DNA of 64,000 bases from Terriglobales bacterium (GTDB taxonomy: Bacteria > Acidobacteriota > Terriglobia > Terriglobales > Acidobacteriaceae), in the NCBI GenBank assembly GCA_035631655.1, contig DASQIH010000127.1, positions 6,789 through 70,788 of the forward strand. Reading direction: 5' to 3'. The position numbers and the translations under genes are program-made. How positions within the stretch are numbered: position 1 is the first letter of the stretch; the number at the start of each line of letters is the position of its first letter. Below the pieces are notes generated by a model that worked only from the letters and a program-made list of their open reading frames with translations, had not been told where the DNA came from and did no database searches. Below are positions 1-11,700 of the stretch, in pieces.

Positions 1-148
1 TGCCGCATTGCTCGGCCATGTGGTGACAGCACTCACGCTCGGCCGGGCTGAGCGTAGTGCCGGGCAGCACGCAAGCGATGGCCGGCGTCATGGCCCACAG
101 CAGAGCAATGGTCAGCAAGGCGAACGCTCGGGTTCTGGTCACCTTCAT
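1..148 (-). CDS. hypothetical secreted protein, N-terminal fragment (runs off left edge)
   Basis: Reverse-strand ATG at 148-146 opens MKVTRTRAFALLTIALLWAMTPAIACVLPGTTLSPAERECCHHMAEQCG, a signal-peptide-like N-terminus. It stays open to the window edge and is absent from the ORF track because it has no stop. Confidence 0.3.
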   Translation of the reverse strand, partial: MKVTRTRAFALLTIALLWAMTPAIACVLPGTTLSPAERECCHHMAEQCG

Positions 149-321
149 CAGTGTACCGCTATCGGCGGAACGCCGCTACGCGCCCACATTTCACCCCTAA
201 TGATGCCTTAGCGAAGTACATGTCCGCTGTGATGAGAGTCACATGGGGCTGTAACAGAACGCCCGCAGCCCGCGGAATGTGGCTTTTTTGCAGCATCGAA
301 ACCCGGTACACTGTGGCGGCC

Positions 322-618
322 ATGGCAATCCCTACCCAGCCCAATATCAAGCTGACCAATGCGCCGGACTATCGCGAGAAGTATGCCAACAGCGTGCAGG
401 TGCGCGTAAGCGTTTGGGATTTCTTTCTGGTCTTCGGCACGCTGCAGCAACAGACCGAAAGCCAGGTGGACATTACTAATTTTCAGGGGATTTACGTCAG
501 CCCGCAGCAGGCCAAGGCCCTGCTCGCCATCTTGCAGCAGAACGTCATTCAATACGAAAACGCCTTCGGCGAGATCAAGCTCGACCCGCGCATGACGCCT
601 ACCGGGCCCATCCACTAG
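322..618 (+). CDS. DUF3467-like small protein
   Basis: Start taken at internal ATG 322 (MAIPTQPNIKLTNAPDYREKYANSVQVRVSVWDFFLVFG...). The YAN..V..S.WDF.L.FG pattern and ~98 aa size match my memory of DUF3467. The upstream part of ORF 151..618 looks non-coding. Confidence 0.5.
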   Translation: MAIPTQPNIKLTNAPDYREKYANSVQVRVSVWDFFLVFGTLQQQTESQVDITNFQGIYVSPQQAKALLAILQQNVIQYENAFGEIKLDPRMTPTGPIH

Positions 619-619
619 C

Positions 620-2221
620 GTGGCCAACGCCCGAGCCGAACTATCATTTGCGAGCAAGTCCCCGCAGTTTCCTCCATTTCTCCTCTTCGGTCTGATCTTC
701 GTCTGCGTAGCTCTCCTGCACGCTTCCCTTCTGCGCCTGCCCTACATCTGGGACGAAGCCGGATATTACGTGCCGGCCGCGCGCGATCTGCTGCTTAGTG
801 GAAGCCTGATTCCACATTCCACAGTCAGCAACGCGCATCCGCCGCTGGTCATGGCCTGGGTGGCTTTGAGCTGGAAACTCTTTGGTTTCACCCCCCTGGT
901 GGCACATCTCGCCATGCTCCTAATCGCGTCCTTCACGCTGCTGGGAGTTTTTCGACTGGCCCAACGCGTTGCGAATACTCAAATCGCGCTTGCTTCAACC
1001 ATCTGCACCGGCCTCTACTCGGTCTTCTTTACGCAGAGCGCCCTCGTGCACCTGGACATGGCGGCCGCCAGCTTCACGCTTTGGGGCTTGCGGGATTACC
1101 TTGACGATCGCCGCGTGTCCACAGCGATCTGGTTCTCCGTGGCAGCCCTGGCGAAAGAAACCGCCATCCTGGCGCCGCTGGCGTTGCTGGGTTGGGAGGT
1201 GCTCTGTTCCTTGCCGCGGAAGCGTAGCTCCGGCCGATGCCTTTTTTCCGCAACCTGGGAATCCGCTTCGCTCCTGATTCCGCTTCTACCCCTCGCCACA
1301 TGGTTCGGTTATCACTACCTGCGCACGGGTTATGTTTTCGGTAATCCGGAATTTTTCCGCTACAACGTCGCCGCGACCCTCCATCCCCTGCGCATAGTCC
1401 TCGCCGCCGGAATTCGCATTTGGGAACTCGCTGGCTATATGAATCTTTACTTCTTGACCCTGGCAACCGCGCTGGCGATGTGTCGGTCCCCTTTAAGTGA
1501 TGAGCGGGGAGAGCGGCCGCGGATAAGCATCCCGGTCCAACTGGTCTTCCTGGTGCTGATCATCACTTATGTTCTGGCCATGTCGGTGGTGGGTGGGGCG
1601 GAACTGGCACGTTACATGCTTCCGGTGCTTCCGCTGGTGATTATCGTCGGCGTCTCTACGCTGTGGCGGAGAGTGCGCTACTGGGTCGCGGTAATCACGA
1701 TTGTGGCATTGGCGTTCGTTGGTGCGCTGTTCGTGAATCCGCCATACGGTTTCTCCTTCGAAGACAACCTCGCTTATCGTGATTACGTCCTGCTGCACAA
1801 GAATGCTGAGAACTTTCTGCAGCTGCGGTACCCGAAGGCCAGAATTCTGACCGCCTGGCCGGCTTCGGACGAGATCTCGCGGCCGTATCTCGGCTATGTA
1901 AGCCGTCCTATCCGCGTCCTCAGGATCGAGGACTTCACCTTTGAGCAACTGGCATCGGCCACTGAACTATCCTCCGGCTTCGACGTAGCCCTGGTTTTTT
2001 TGACCAAGTACATCCCGGCTCGTCCTCTGCTGCCTCGCTGGCCCGCCTGGGAGAAGCTGCAAGCCCGTTTCTTCGGGTTTCATCGTGACCTGCCGCCGGC
2101 AGCGGCCGCACAGGTTCTCGGCGGAAACGTCGTCTATTCCGCCGCTCGCAACGGACAATGGATCGCAGTCATTGAAATGGAGCGAGTGCAGGACGCGAAG
2201 CTGCGAGAGGGACTACGCTAG
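620..2221 (+). CDS. GT-C fold membrane glycosyltransferase (ArnT/PMT_2-like, family 39-like)
   Basis: 533 aa with many TM helices. It has an N-terminal acidic loop motif (YIWDEAGYY) and a C-terminal soluble domain, as in ArnT-type lipid-linked sugar transferases. Confidence 0.6.
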   Translation: MANARAELSFASKSPQFPPFLLFGLIFVCVALLHASLLRLPYIWDEAGYYVPAARDLLLSGSLIPHSTVSNAHPPLVMAWVALSWKLFGFTPLVAHLAMLLIASFTLLGVFRLAQRVANTQIALASTICTGLYSVFFTQSALVHLDMAAASFTLWGLRDYLDDRRVSTAIWFSVAALAKETAILAPLALLGWEVLCSLPRKRSSGRCLFSATWESASLLIPLLPLATWFGYHYLRTGYVFGNPEFFRYNVAATLHPLRIVLAAGIRIWELAGYMNLYFLTLATALAMCRSPLSDERGERPRISIPVQLVFLVLIITYVLAMSVVGGAELARYMLPVLPLVIIVGVSTLWRRVRYWVAVITIVALAFVGALFVNPPYGFSFEDNLAYRDYVLLHKNAENFLQLRYPKARILTAWPASDEISRPYLGYVSRPIRVLRIEDFTFEQLASATELSSGFDVALVFLTKYIPARPLLPRWPAWEKLQARFFGFHRDLPPAAAAQVLGGNVVYSAARNGQWIAVIEMERVQDAKLREGLR

Positions 2222-3393
2222 CAAGCCATCAGATGACACGAGTGTGTCTTAATAATCAGCCACACTTTGCATCCTGGCTGCAGGTGAAGTGAATCGCGAG
2301 CTGCAAGCGTGAGGTGCACTTCCATGTTCACTCCACAGTTCACCTCGGCCGCAACGATGACATCGCGCTGCCTCAACGAGACAACCTTTCCCGGAATAAG
2401 GTTGCGGGCGCTGAGGCCAACGGGTTGTTCCGAGGAGAGCAGGATGTCGCCCGCGCTAATCGCAACTCGAATCGCAGAACCCACCTCCGCTCTGACCAGC
2501 GGCGTTTCCAGTTGCACTGAAGAGCCCGCCAGCTCACAGGTCATGGTGCCGCGATCTTCGTGAGCCGCTGTGACCAGGGCGTCGAAAATGTTTTCGAATC
2601 CGGCGAGTTGAGCGACAGCCTCGTGACGGGGAGCGCGCATCACCTCGTGCGGCGTTCCCTGGGCGATGATTTTGCCCGCGTCCAAAACCAGCACCAGCTC
2701 GCCCAAGGCAAAGACTTCCTCGCGGTTGTGCGTCACATAGAGGATCGGAATGCCATGGGACTGATTCCAGAGCCGCAGGTCGTCGAGAATCTTCGACTTG
2801 GTCTGCGAGTCGAGGGCTGCCAACGGTTCATCGAGCAGCAGCAGGCAGGGATCGGTCACGAGGGTTCGCGCCAAGGCCACGCGCTGCCGCTCGCCACCGG
2901 AGATCTCGCCGGGCCGCCGACTTCGCAAATGCGCGACTCGAAATGATTCCAACATAGTGCGGCTTCGCTGCGACCGCTCATCGGCTGGCACATGCGATAG
3001 CCCGTACTCGACGTTCTGTTCGACACTCAGGTGCGGAAAAAGCGCCAGATCCTGGAAGACATAACCAACGTGCCGTTGGCACACGGCGATATTCTCTCCG
3101 GCGCTGCTATCAAATAAAACGCGTTCTCCGATAGAGATTTTGCCTGCTTCTGGCGTGCTCAAGCCTGCAAGACAGTCCAGAAGCGTAGTCTTCCCCGCCC
3201 CGGAGGCGCCAAACAAGATGGTGATTCCCGGCGCTGCCGAAAATTCGGCGTCCAGCATAAAATCGCTGCCACTGCTGGACAGTATTTTTCGAATGCGAGC
3301 TGCGAGCGCACGCCGGTTGACATCCCGCTCAGCTCCCCGATGTTCTTCGCGGGAAGTTTTCGCGCGCTCTACTTCCACGGCCATGTTGCCCAA
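2218..3393 (-). CDS. modC: molybdate ABC transporter ATP-binding protein
   Basis: Walker A GASGAGKTT, ABC signature ISGGERQRV and Walker B LLLLDEP, plus a C-terminal TOBE/Mop-like domain. It sits immediately downstream of modB. The exact start is uncertain because the ORF overlaps modB by 25 nt. Confidence 0.85.
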   Translation of the reverse strand: MGNMAVEVERAKTSREEHRGAERDVNRRALAARIRKILSSSGSDFMLDAEFSAAPGITILFGASGAGKTTLLDCLAGLSTPEAGKISIGERVLFDSSAGENIAVCQRHVGYVFQDLALFPHLSVEQNVEYGLSHVPADERSQRSRTMLESFRVAHLRSRRPGEISGGERQRVALARTLVTDPCLLLLDEPLAALDSQTKSKILDDLRLWNQSHGIPILYVTHNREEVFALGELVLVLDAGKIIAQGTPHEVMRAPRHEAVAQLAGFENIFDALVTAAHEDRGTMTCELAGSSVQLETPLVRAEVGSAIRVAISAGDILLSSEQPVGLSARNLIPGKVVSLRQRDVIVAAEVNCGVNMEVHLTLAARDSLHLQPGCKVWLIIKTHSCHLMAC

Positions 3394-4043
3394 ATCCTCC
3401 GGTTCAACGCGTACACCACCGAAAGCACTAGGAACGCGATCAAAACCAGCACCAATGCAGTTTGATTCGCCGCGGCATAGTTCGAGACCTGCACCTGGTC
3501 ATAAATGTCAATGGACACGGTGCGGGTCACGCCCGGGATGTTTCCCCCTACCATCAGCACCACGCCAAACTCGCCCATGGTGTGGGCAAAGCTCAAGGCC
3601 ACGCCTGTCACCAGCCCGGAAATCGAAAGCGGAAGGATCACGCGAAAGAATGTTCTTACTCGGGAAGCTCCCAGGGTGGCAGAAGCGGCAATCAGCTTCG
3701 TGTCTACCGAAGAAAAAGACGCAGCAAACGGCTGCACCGCGAAGGGCAGGCTGTACAGGATGGATCCGATCACCAGGCCTTCAAAGGTGAAAGCCAAGGT
3801 ATGGCCGGTGAGCGATTCCCACCAACGTCCCAGCGGGCTGCGCGGCCCCAGAGCCACAAGAACATAAAAGCCCAGCACCGTAGGTGGAATCACGATGGGA
3901 AGCGCAACCACGGCCTCGGCGAGAAATTTCCAGCGCCAGCGCGAGTACGTGATCCAGTAGGCGATCGGCACTCCGATCGCCACCAGCACTGCGGCCACCA
4001 GCACAGCCAACCGAATTGTCAGCCAGAATGCCTGCCAATCCAT
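3369..4043 (-). CDS. modB: molybdate ABC transporter permease
   Basis: 224-aa multi-TM permease with the EAA-like loop (ASATLGASRVRTFFRVILPL). It lies between modA and modC. Confidence 0.85.
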   Translation of the reverse strand: MDWQAFWLTIRLAVLVAAVLVAIGVPIAYWITYSRWRWKFLAEAVVALPIVIPPTVLGFYVLVALGPRSPLGRWWESLTGHTLAFTFEGLVIGSILYSLPFAVQPFAASFSSVDTKLIAASATLGASRVRTFFRVILPLSISGLVTGVALSFAHTMGEFGVVLMVGGNIPGVTRTVSIDIYDQVQVSNYAAANQTALVLVLIAFLVLSVVYALNRRIWATWPWK

Positions 4044-4819
4044 CAGTGGTTCTCTTGCGGCAAAGCGAACCCATAGCGCCGCAAAGTGGCCCGCGCCGTG
4101 GAAGTCTTCAGGTATGCGAGAAATGCGGCTGCTTCCTTCTTATGCTGGGACCGCGAAAGTACGACGGCACCCTGATCCAGTTCGGGATAAGCATCCGTCG
4201 GAACGCCCCAGTAGCGGCCCTTGTCTTTCATCGTCGGCGCCAGCGCATGCGATAGGGCAATTAATCCTGCCTGCGCGTTGCCTGACTCCACAAATTGCGC
4301 AGCCTGGGAGACATTCTCTCCCAGCACCAGCCGATCGGCGACTTTTCCATACAACTGAAAATGCCGGAGCGCCGCTACGGCAGCGCGTCCATAAGGGGCG
4401 TGCTGCGGGTTTGCGATTGCGAGCTTTTTCATGGAAGAATCGAGCAGCGCATTCATTCCCTGATGTTCCAGGTCCAGCGCAGATGAAGTAGGAACCCACA
4501 ATATCAGCCTGCCCATAGCATAACGATACAGGGAATCTGGTTCAGCCAGACCCGCTTCGATCAGTTGTCTGGGATAGTCCTCGTCCGCGGAGAAAAACAG
4601 ATCGAAGGGAGCGCCATTTTTGATCTGCTGCGTCAGGTTCCCCGACGAACCGAAGGAAAGCCGTACCTTGATCCCAGTCTGCTTCTGATAGTCGCTGGTG
4701 AGCTCGGTGAGCGCAGAACTCAGGTCGGCGGCCGCCGCGATGGTAATCTCCTGTGCCGCCGCTTGCCCGAAAAGAGCGGCGAGGCCGAGCAGAACCACAG
4801 CCAACCATTTCGCTGTCAT
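4043..4819 (-). CDS. modA: molybdate-binding periplasmic protein
   Basis: Signal peptide followed by ITIAAAADL...LSFGSSGNLTQQIKNGAPFDLFFSAD, typical of ModA. First gene of the modABC operon. Confidence 0.85.
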   Translation of the reverse strand: MTAKWLAVVLLGLAALFGQAAAQEITIAAAADLSSALTELTSDYQKQTGIKVRLSFGSSGNLTQQIKNGAPFDLFFSADEDYPRQLIEAGLAEPDSLYRYAMGRLILWVPTSSALDLEHQGMNALLDSSMKKLAIANPQHAPYGRAAVAALRHFQLYGKVADRLVLGENVSQAAQFVESGNAQAGLIALSHALAPTMKDKGRYWGVPTDAYPELDQGAVVLSRSQHKKEAAAFLAYLKTSTARATLRRYGFALPQENH

Positions 4820-5085
4820 TGCCGAAAAGCCGCCTTTTTGGCGAAGCCTGCAACAATAGTAAAGATTTGTAAATCAGTAATTTCCGCGCTTCCAGCGGCG
4901 GAGGATGAACGTCCAATATACTGAGAGCTGAACTCCCGCCGGGTGTTATGTAATTGCGCATTCCCGGATTGGGACGCAGTGATTCTAGCTGCAACGTTTC
5001 GCGGTTCGCACGATTTTTATTCGCTAAAGGTTCGTGTAACACTAGTTTTATACAGAGGTGTATTTCTTTAGTTCGGGGGCTTCAT

Positions 5086-6465
5086 GTGAGGTTGCTCAAG
5101 CGTCATTGGCTAATCGCGATCCTGGTCGTCGCCGGGGTTGGGGTATTGGCGGCATTTCAATTTAAGAGTAACGACAAGGCGCAATATTTTACGGCCAAGG
5201 CGGATCGCGGCGACATCCGAGCTGTGGTCGAGGCTACCGGCACGATCAATGCCGTAATCACCGTCCAAGTCGGCTCGCAGGTGTCGGGTACGATTTCTCA
5301 TCTCTACGTAGACTTCAATTCGCGCGTGAAGAAGGGGCAAGTCGTCGCCCAAATCGATCCCGCTCTCTTTCAAGGCGCCTTGCTGCAGGCGAAGGCAGAC
5401 TACGCCAATGCCCAGGCCAATCTGGCGACGGCGAAGGCCAACCTGGAAAAAGCCAAGGCGTCAGAGGTACAGACCAAAGCTGATTACGAACGCACGGTAG
5501 GACTCACCAAAGATGGTGTCATGAGCCAGCAGCAACTCGATCTGGCCAAGGCCAACTACGACTCGGCGGTGGCTGCGGTTTCCGCCGCGGACGCCCAGGT
5601 TACGCAGGCAGCCGCCCAGGTCCAGCAGAAACAAGCAGCCGTTACCGTTGCGCAAACTAACCTGGATTACACTACGATTCATGCTCCCATTGATGGCACT
5701 GTGATCGCCCGCAACGTGGATGTGGGCCAGACCGTAGCCGCGTCTCTGCAAGCGCCCACTCTTTTCACCATCGCGCAGGATCTGACGAAAATGCAGGTGT
5801 ACGCCAGCACCGATGAATCGGACGTCGGCATGATCAAGGACGGCCAGGTGGTTACCTTCAAAGTGGACGCCTACCCCAAAGACACCTTCACCGGGCGCGT
5901 TTCCCAGATTCGCATGAACGCCACCACGGTTCAGAACGTGGTTACCTACAACACCATCATCGATTTCGATAATCCAGAGTTGAAGCTGTTTCCGGGCATG
6001 ACCGCCTACATTACGATTCCAGTGGCTTCAGCCAAGAATGTGCTGCGCGTCCCCAACGGAGCGCTCCGCTACAAGCCGGATATGAAGGCGGAGGAAATCC
6101 GGGCTCTCTACCAGAAATATGGTCTGGATTCAGGAAGAACTGCGCCGGTGGCCAGTGCCGAGGGACCGAGTGCTGGCGGCGCCAGTGGGAAACAGTTCCG
6201 TGCTCGTGCCCAAGGCCAGGAGGGCGGAGGCAACGAAACGGCCCAGACTCGGACCCCACGCTTGGATGTGGCGGTGCTTTGGAAGTTGCACGCTGATAAG
6301 ACGCTCGAGCCGGTGAAAATCCGAACAGGTATTACCGACCATACAGTCACCGAAGTTGCCGAAATTCTTAAAGGAGAAATCAAGGAAGGCGACGAACTGG
6401 TGACCGGCTCCATGACGGCAAAGGCCGCCACGGGACCGGGCGTCGGCGGCGCCGTGAGGCGGTAA
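5086..6465 (+). CDS. HlyD/MacA-family efflux periplasmic adaptor
   Basis: GTG 5086 gives VRLLKRHWLIAILVV, a TM anchor. This is followed by lipoyl/coiled-coil/beta-barrel adaptor motifs (GTINAVITVQVGSQVSGTI, long Ala/Gln coiled coil, TIHAPIDGTV). It lies upstream of the ABC ATPase and FtsX permease. Confidence 0.8.
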   Translation: MRLLKRHWLIAILVVAGVGVLAAFQFKSNDKAQYFTAKADRGDIRAVVEATGTINAVITVQVGSQVSGTISHLYVDFNSRVKKGQVVAQIDPALFQGALLQAKADYANAQANLATAKANLEKAKASEVQTKADYERTVGLTKDGVMSQQQLDLAKANYDSAVAAVSAADAQVTQAAAQVQQKQAAVTVAQTNLDYTTIHAPIDGTVIARNVDVGQTVAASLQAPTLFTIAQDLTKMQVYASTDESDVGMIKDGQVVTFKVDAYPKDTFTGRVSQIRMNATTVQNVVTYNTIIDFDNPELKLFPGMTAYITIPVASAKNVLRVPNGALRYKPDMKAEEIRALYQKYGLDSGRTAPVASAEGPSAGGASGKQFRARAQGQEGGGNETAQTRTPRLDVAVLWKLHADKTLEPVKIRTGITDHTVTEVAEILKGEIKEGDELVTGSMTAKAATGPGVGGAVRR

Positions 6466-6492
6466 GGTCGAGCCGCCACTTGCCGCGGCTCA

Positions 6493-7287
<795 letters not shown>

Positions 7288-7297
7288 ATCCGGAACT

Positions 7298-8518
7298 ATG
7301 GATTTACTGGCCATTGTGCGGATCGCGATGCGGGCGCTGGCGCGCAACAAGCTGCGCTCCAGCCTGACCATGCTGGGCATCATCATCGGCGTGGGCGCGG
7401 TGATCGCTATGGTGGGCGTTGGCCAGGGAGCCCAGCAGCAGGTACAGCAGCAAATCGCGGCCATGGGCTCGAACATGCTGTTCGTGGGCGCCGGTACGGT
7501 AACCCGCGGCGGCATGCACATGGGCTGGGGCGCCACCAAGTCGCTGATCTACTCAGATATGGAGGCCATCCTGCGGGAATGCCCGGCGGTCAAGGCTGCC
7601 GCACCCGGCAGCACTGCCAGTGCGCAGGTTGTCTTCGGAAACGACAACTGGGCTACCCGCCTTAACGGCACGGAACCGCAGTACTTCGACATTCGCGACT
7701 GGCCATTCCAGGAAGGCACTTCCTTCACGCAAAACGATGTGGAAATGGCTGCCAACGTCGCTGTGATCGGCGAGACCGTCCGCAAAAACCTGTTTGGCGC
7801 CACTGAGCCGCTCGGCCAGACGATCCGCATCAACAATCTGCCCTTCAAAGTTGTCGGAGTGCTCACCCCGAAGGGTACTTCGGCCGCCATGGGCGACGAC
7901 CAGGACGACATCATTCTCATACCCATCACCACCCTGCAAAAGAAAGTGACCGGCCAGGACTGGTTGCGCTGGATCATGGTGTCGGCCTCATCGCGCCAGT
8001 CCAGTTACGCCGCGCAACAGCAGATCACCTCGTTGCTGCGCGACCGCCACCGCATTCGCACTGGCCAGGACGACGACTTCTTCGTGCGCAACCTGGCCGA
8101 CATGGCGGATCTCGCCGATCAGGCCGGTAGAATCATGACCTTGCTGCTGGCCTCCATTGCCAGCGTGTCTTTGATCGTTGGGGGCATCGGCATCATGAAT
8201 ATCATGCTGGTCTCGGTTACCGAACGTACGCGTGAAATTGGGATTCGCATGGCGATCGGGGCCACCGAGGGCGACGTCCAGCGCCAATTCCTGATTGAGG
8301 CGGTGGTGCTCAGCCTGATTGGCGGCGCGATTGGCATCATCTTCGGCACAGGCGCGTCGTATCTGATCACGCAAACGCTCGGCTGGGCCGTGCTGATTTC
8401 ACCGACCGCGATTCTTACCGCCGTAGTCTTCTCCATGGCAGTAGGAATTTTCTTCGGCTTCTATCCCGCGCGAAAAGCCGCGCGCCTGGATCCCATCGAA
8501 GCATTGCGCTACGAGTAA
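7298..8518 (+). CDS. ABC transporter permease (MacB periplasmic domain plus FtsX)
   Basis: 406 aa: N-terminal TM, a large periplasmic domain, then a C-terminal FtsX 3-TM bundle (GGIGIMNIMLVSVTERTREIGIRMAIGA). Confidence 0.85.
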   Translation: MDLLAIVRIAMRALARNKLRSSLTMLGIIIGVGAVIAMVGVGQGAQQQVQQQIAAMGSNMLFVGAGTVTRGGMHMGWGATKSLIYSDMEAILRECPAVKAAAPGSTASAQVVFGNDNWATRLNGTEPQYFDIRDWPFQEGTSFTQNDVEMAANVAVIGETVRKNLFGATEPLGQTIRINNLPFKVVGVLTPKGTSAAMGDDQDDIILIPITTLQKKVTGQDWLRWIMVSASSRQSSYAAQQQITSLLRDRHRIRTGQDDDFFVRNLADMADLADQAGRIMTLLLASIASVSLIVGGIGIMNIMLVSVTERTREIGIRMAIGATEGDVQRQFLIEAVVLSLIGGAIGIIFGTGASYLITQTLGWAVLISPTAILTAVVFSMAVGIFFGFYPARKAARLDPIEALRYE

Positions 8519-8633
8519 CGAGGGAACTTGCGACGCATTCGAGCTCGCTTCAGTGTGTGCTGATTCTTGTACATCGATTCCCTTTTCAGGCCTCTAAGGT
8601 CTCGAAGCGGCAGTGTTCATGCCTCTTTTGCGT

Positions 8634-8663
8634 TGACAAAGCGAGCCGATTGTCGGAATACTG
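8634..8663 (+). promoter_or_regulatory. candidate sigma70-type promoter upstream of the 1395-aa gene
   Basis: TTGACA (8634-8639), an 18-nt spacer and AATACT (8658-8663), about 45 nt before ATG 8708. Pattern match only. Confidence 0.25.
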
Positions 8664-8707
8664 GCTTGCACGCCACCCTTTAGCCCGCTCCAGCACGGTC
8701 AAGGAAG

Positions 8708-11700
8708 ATGAATACTGCGCTTCGGTTGTGTCCCCGTGTCTCTTTCTGCGTTCTTTTTCTGTCGGTACTTTTTCCGGGAAGCAGGGCTCTGGGCCAAGGC
8801 TCGAAAATGACATCGGAAACCGCGCCCATTGCGGATTCCGATAAGGACAATCCACAGGCGCGCGAGCAATGGTTTCGCAAAGGCCGCACGGCGCCTCCCG
8901 GACAATCCGCTGCGGAGTTGCGCTACCGCGCGCACCAGCAAAAGATGCGCATGCGTGCTGCCCGCGCGCAGACAGCTGCCGCGCAACTTGCGTTAACACC
9001 CAATGCCCCAGTCACGGGCTGGACCGCGTTAGGTCCCGCGCCACTGGCTTCCGACCCGGGCACGGGACAGGATTACAACTGGGTGTCCGGGCGCGCGACC
9101 AGCGTGGTCATTGATCCGGCGGATACTACGGGCAATACGGTGTACGTAGGGGGCGCATTCGGAGGACTCTGGCGTTCGACCAATGCTGCGGCCGCCAGCG
9201 CTTCGAGCGTTCAATGGACCCCCATGATTGACAACCAGCCGACTCTGGCGGTGGGGGCCATCGCGCTGCAGCCGAACAACGCTACTAATAATCTGAGCAA
9301 CGTGATACTCGTCGGCACGGGGGAAGCCAACAGCTCTGGCGACTCCTACTATGGGCTGGGTATTCTGCGGTCCACCAACGCTGGGAGTACGTGGTCTCTT
9401 ATCTCCACCGCGAATGCCGGCGCTTATTCCTTCAAGGGTCTCTCCTTTAGCAAGATTGCCTTCAGTTCAGCCGCTACGAATGTGGCGGTCGCTGGTGTCG
9501 CATCCACATTTCCTGGAGAGCAGGAGGGCGCGGACAATCTAACCGCTCCTCGTGGCGTGTACTACTCGACGGATTCTGGGGTTAACTGGACCTACGCCAG
9601 CGTTCAGGATGGCATGGGTGCCACTGTCGTATCAGCCTCGGCTTCCTCCGTTATCTACAATGCTGTCTCCAGAAAGTTCTACGCTGCCATTCGGCGTCAC
9701 GGGTTCTATTCATCCAGCGACGGGATCACTTGGACTCGCCTGAGCCTGCAGCCGGGCAGCGCTGGACTTCTGTCCACCAGCAATTGCCCGAATAGCGTCA
9801 ACTCGAGCACCTGCCCGATTTACCGGGGCGAATTTGCCGTCGTGCCGGGGCGCAACGAGATGTATGTCTGGTTCATGGACGCGACCTTTACCGGAGAAGT
9901 AGATCAGGGTATCTGGCAAAGCAAAGACGGTGGCAACAGCTGGACCTCGATCAGCACAACGGGAATCGACTCCTGCGGAGATCCCGGTGCTTTTGGTTGC
10001 GGTGTCCAGCAGGGCGAATACAACCTGGAATTGGCAGCGGTGCCCAACGGCAACACTGCCACCGATCTCTATGCCGGCGCAATCAATATCTTCAAGTGCG
10101 CGATCAACAACACTAACAACCCGGCGTGTTCGAACAATCCATTCATGAATCTCACCCACGTTTACGGCTGCCTGCAAATCGCGCACGTTCATCCCGATCA
10201 GCATGGCGTTGACTCTGTGGTGGCAGGTGGTAAAGACATTCTGTACTTCGCAAATGATGGCGGGATTTATCGCGCGCTCGATGGCTTTACCGGCCTGACC
10301 ACCGGCACCTGTGGCGGAACTAATAATTTCGACAGTCTCAACCAGACGATTGGCTCGATAACGGAGTTTGTCTCGTTTTCGCAGGATCCCGGCAATCTCG
10401 GAACCCTGCTGGGCGGAACCCAGGACAACGGTTCTCCGGCAACCAGCCAGGCAATGACCAGCACGGGCTGGATCAATGTCAACGGCGGAGACGGTGGCTA
10501 TAACGAGATCAACCCCAACAATCCGACGGAGTGGTTCACGGCCAACACGGACGTGACGATCCAACGTTGTACATCGGGTATCAGCTGCACCGGCAATACC
10601 TTCAATTTAGTGGTGAGCGCTCCTCAAGTGGGCGGGGATGTAGGACCGTTTTACACGCCTTACATACTTGACCCACAGGCTACGAGCGAGATGCTGGTGG
10701 GCACCTGCCGCCTGTGGCGGGGCACCAGCCAGGGAGCTAACTTTTTAGCGTTCAGCTTTAATTTTGACACTGGAACCACCGCCACGTGCAACGGAGGCGA
10801 AATCAATCAGGCGCGCTCGCTCGCCACCGGAGGTCCAAAGGACACCAATGGGATTTCGAGCGTGATCTATGTGGGAACGGATGGCACGGGCCCCGTCCTG
10901 CTTTCACCGCCACAAGGCGGACGAGTGTTCGTGGCCACTAACGCGAACGGCGGGCCGGCACTTTGGCAAGATACCACTGGCAACATCAATGGCTTCGGTT
11001 ACCCGGTATCCAGCATCGCGATCGATTCCTCCGACAGCACCGGTAGCACGGCTTACGTAACCATCATGGGCTTCTCCGGCTTTCCTGGAGTTTCTCACGT
11101 ATTCAAGACCACCAACGCGGGGCAAAGCTGGGCGGATTTCTCCGCTGGACTTCCGGACGCCCCCGCCAATTCCATCGTGGTGGACGCCGGGCCCACCCCG
11201 GAAAACGGAACTGTATACGTGGGAACGGACGTAGGTGTTTTCAGTAGCCCGACTCTGTCCGCGAGCTGGACCGAGGTTGGCCCAACCCCTTCCAGCGGGC
11301 CCGGCTTCATTCCCAATGTGCCTGTGACCAAGCTGCGAATCTTCAATTCCGGCGGGCAGAAACTTCTGCGCGCCTCAACTTACGGCCGGGGCGTCTGGCA
11401 GTTCCCGCTCAGCGTCACACCAGACTTCGCTATGGCGGCAGATAAACTTCAGCTGTCTGCGTTCCCGAATCAAACAGCAACGTTCAATGGCAATCTGTAT
11501 GCACTTTTTGGGTATAACAACGCCGTGACCCTCAGCTGCGGGACAGGAGCCCCGCCGACCTGCAACGTACCCAGCGGAGTGATACCTTCTCCGGGCGGAA
11601 CACCATTTGCCATAAGCGCAAGCGGTCCTGCCGTCTTCGACTACAGCTTCAACATCCATGGCGTTGGCAGCGACTCAACGACGCACGACCTGCCGGTAGC

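Noticed and set aside
4820-4953. Possible Moco riboswitch in the modA 5' region. The minus strand reads ...CCCGGCGGGAGTTCAGC...CATCCTCCGCCGCTGGAAGCGCGG...
   Set aside because: I see only vague resemblance to the conserved Moco motif elements as I recall them (GCCUCC..., GGAAAGG) and cannot build the expected helices by eye. It needs cmscan and is not claimed.
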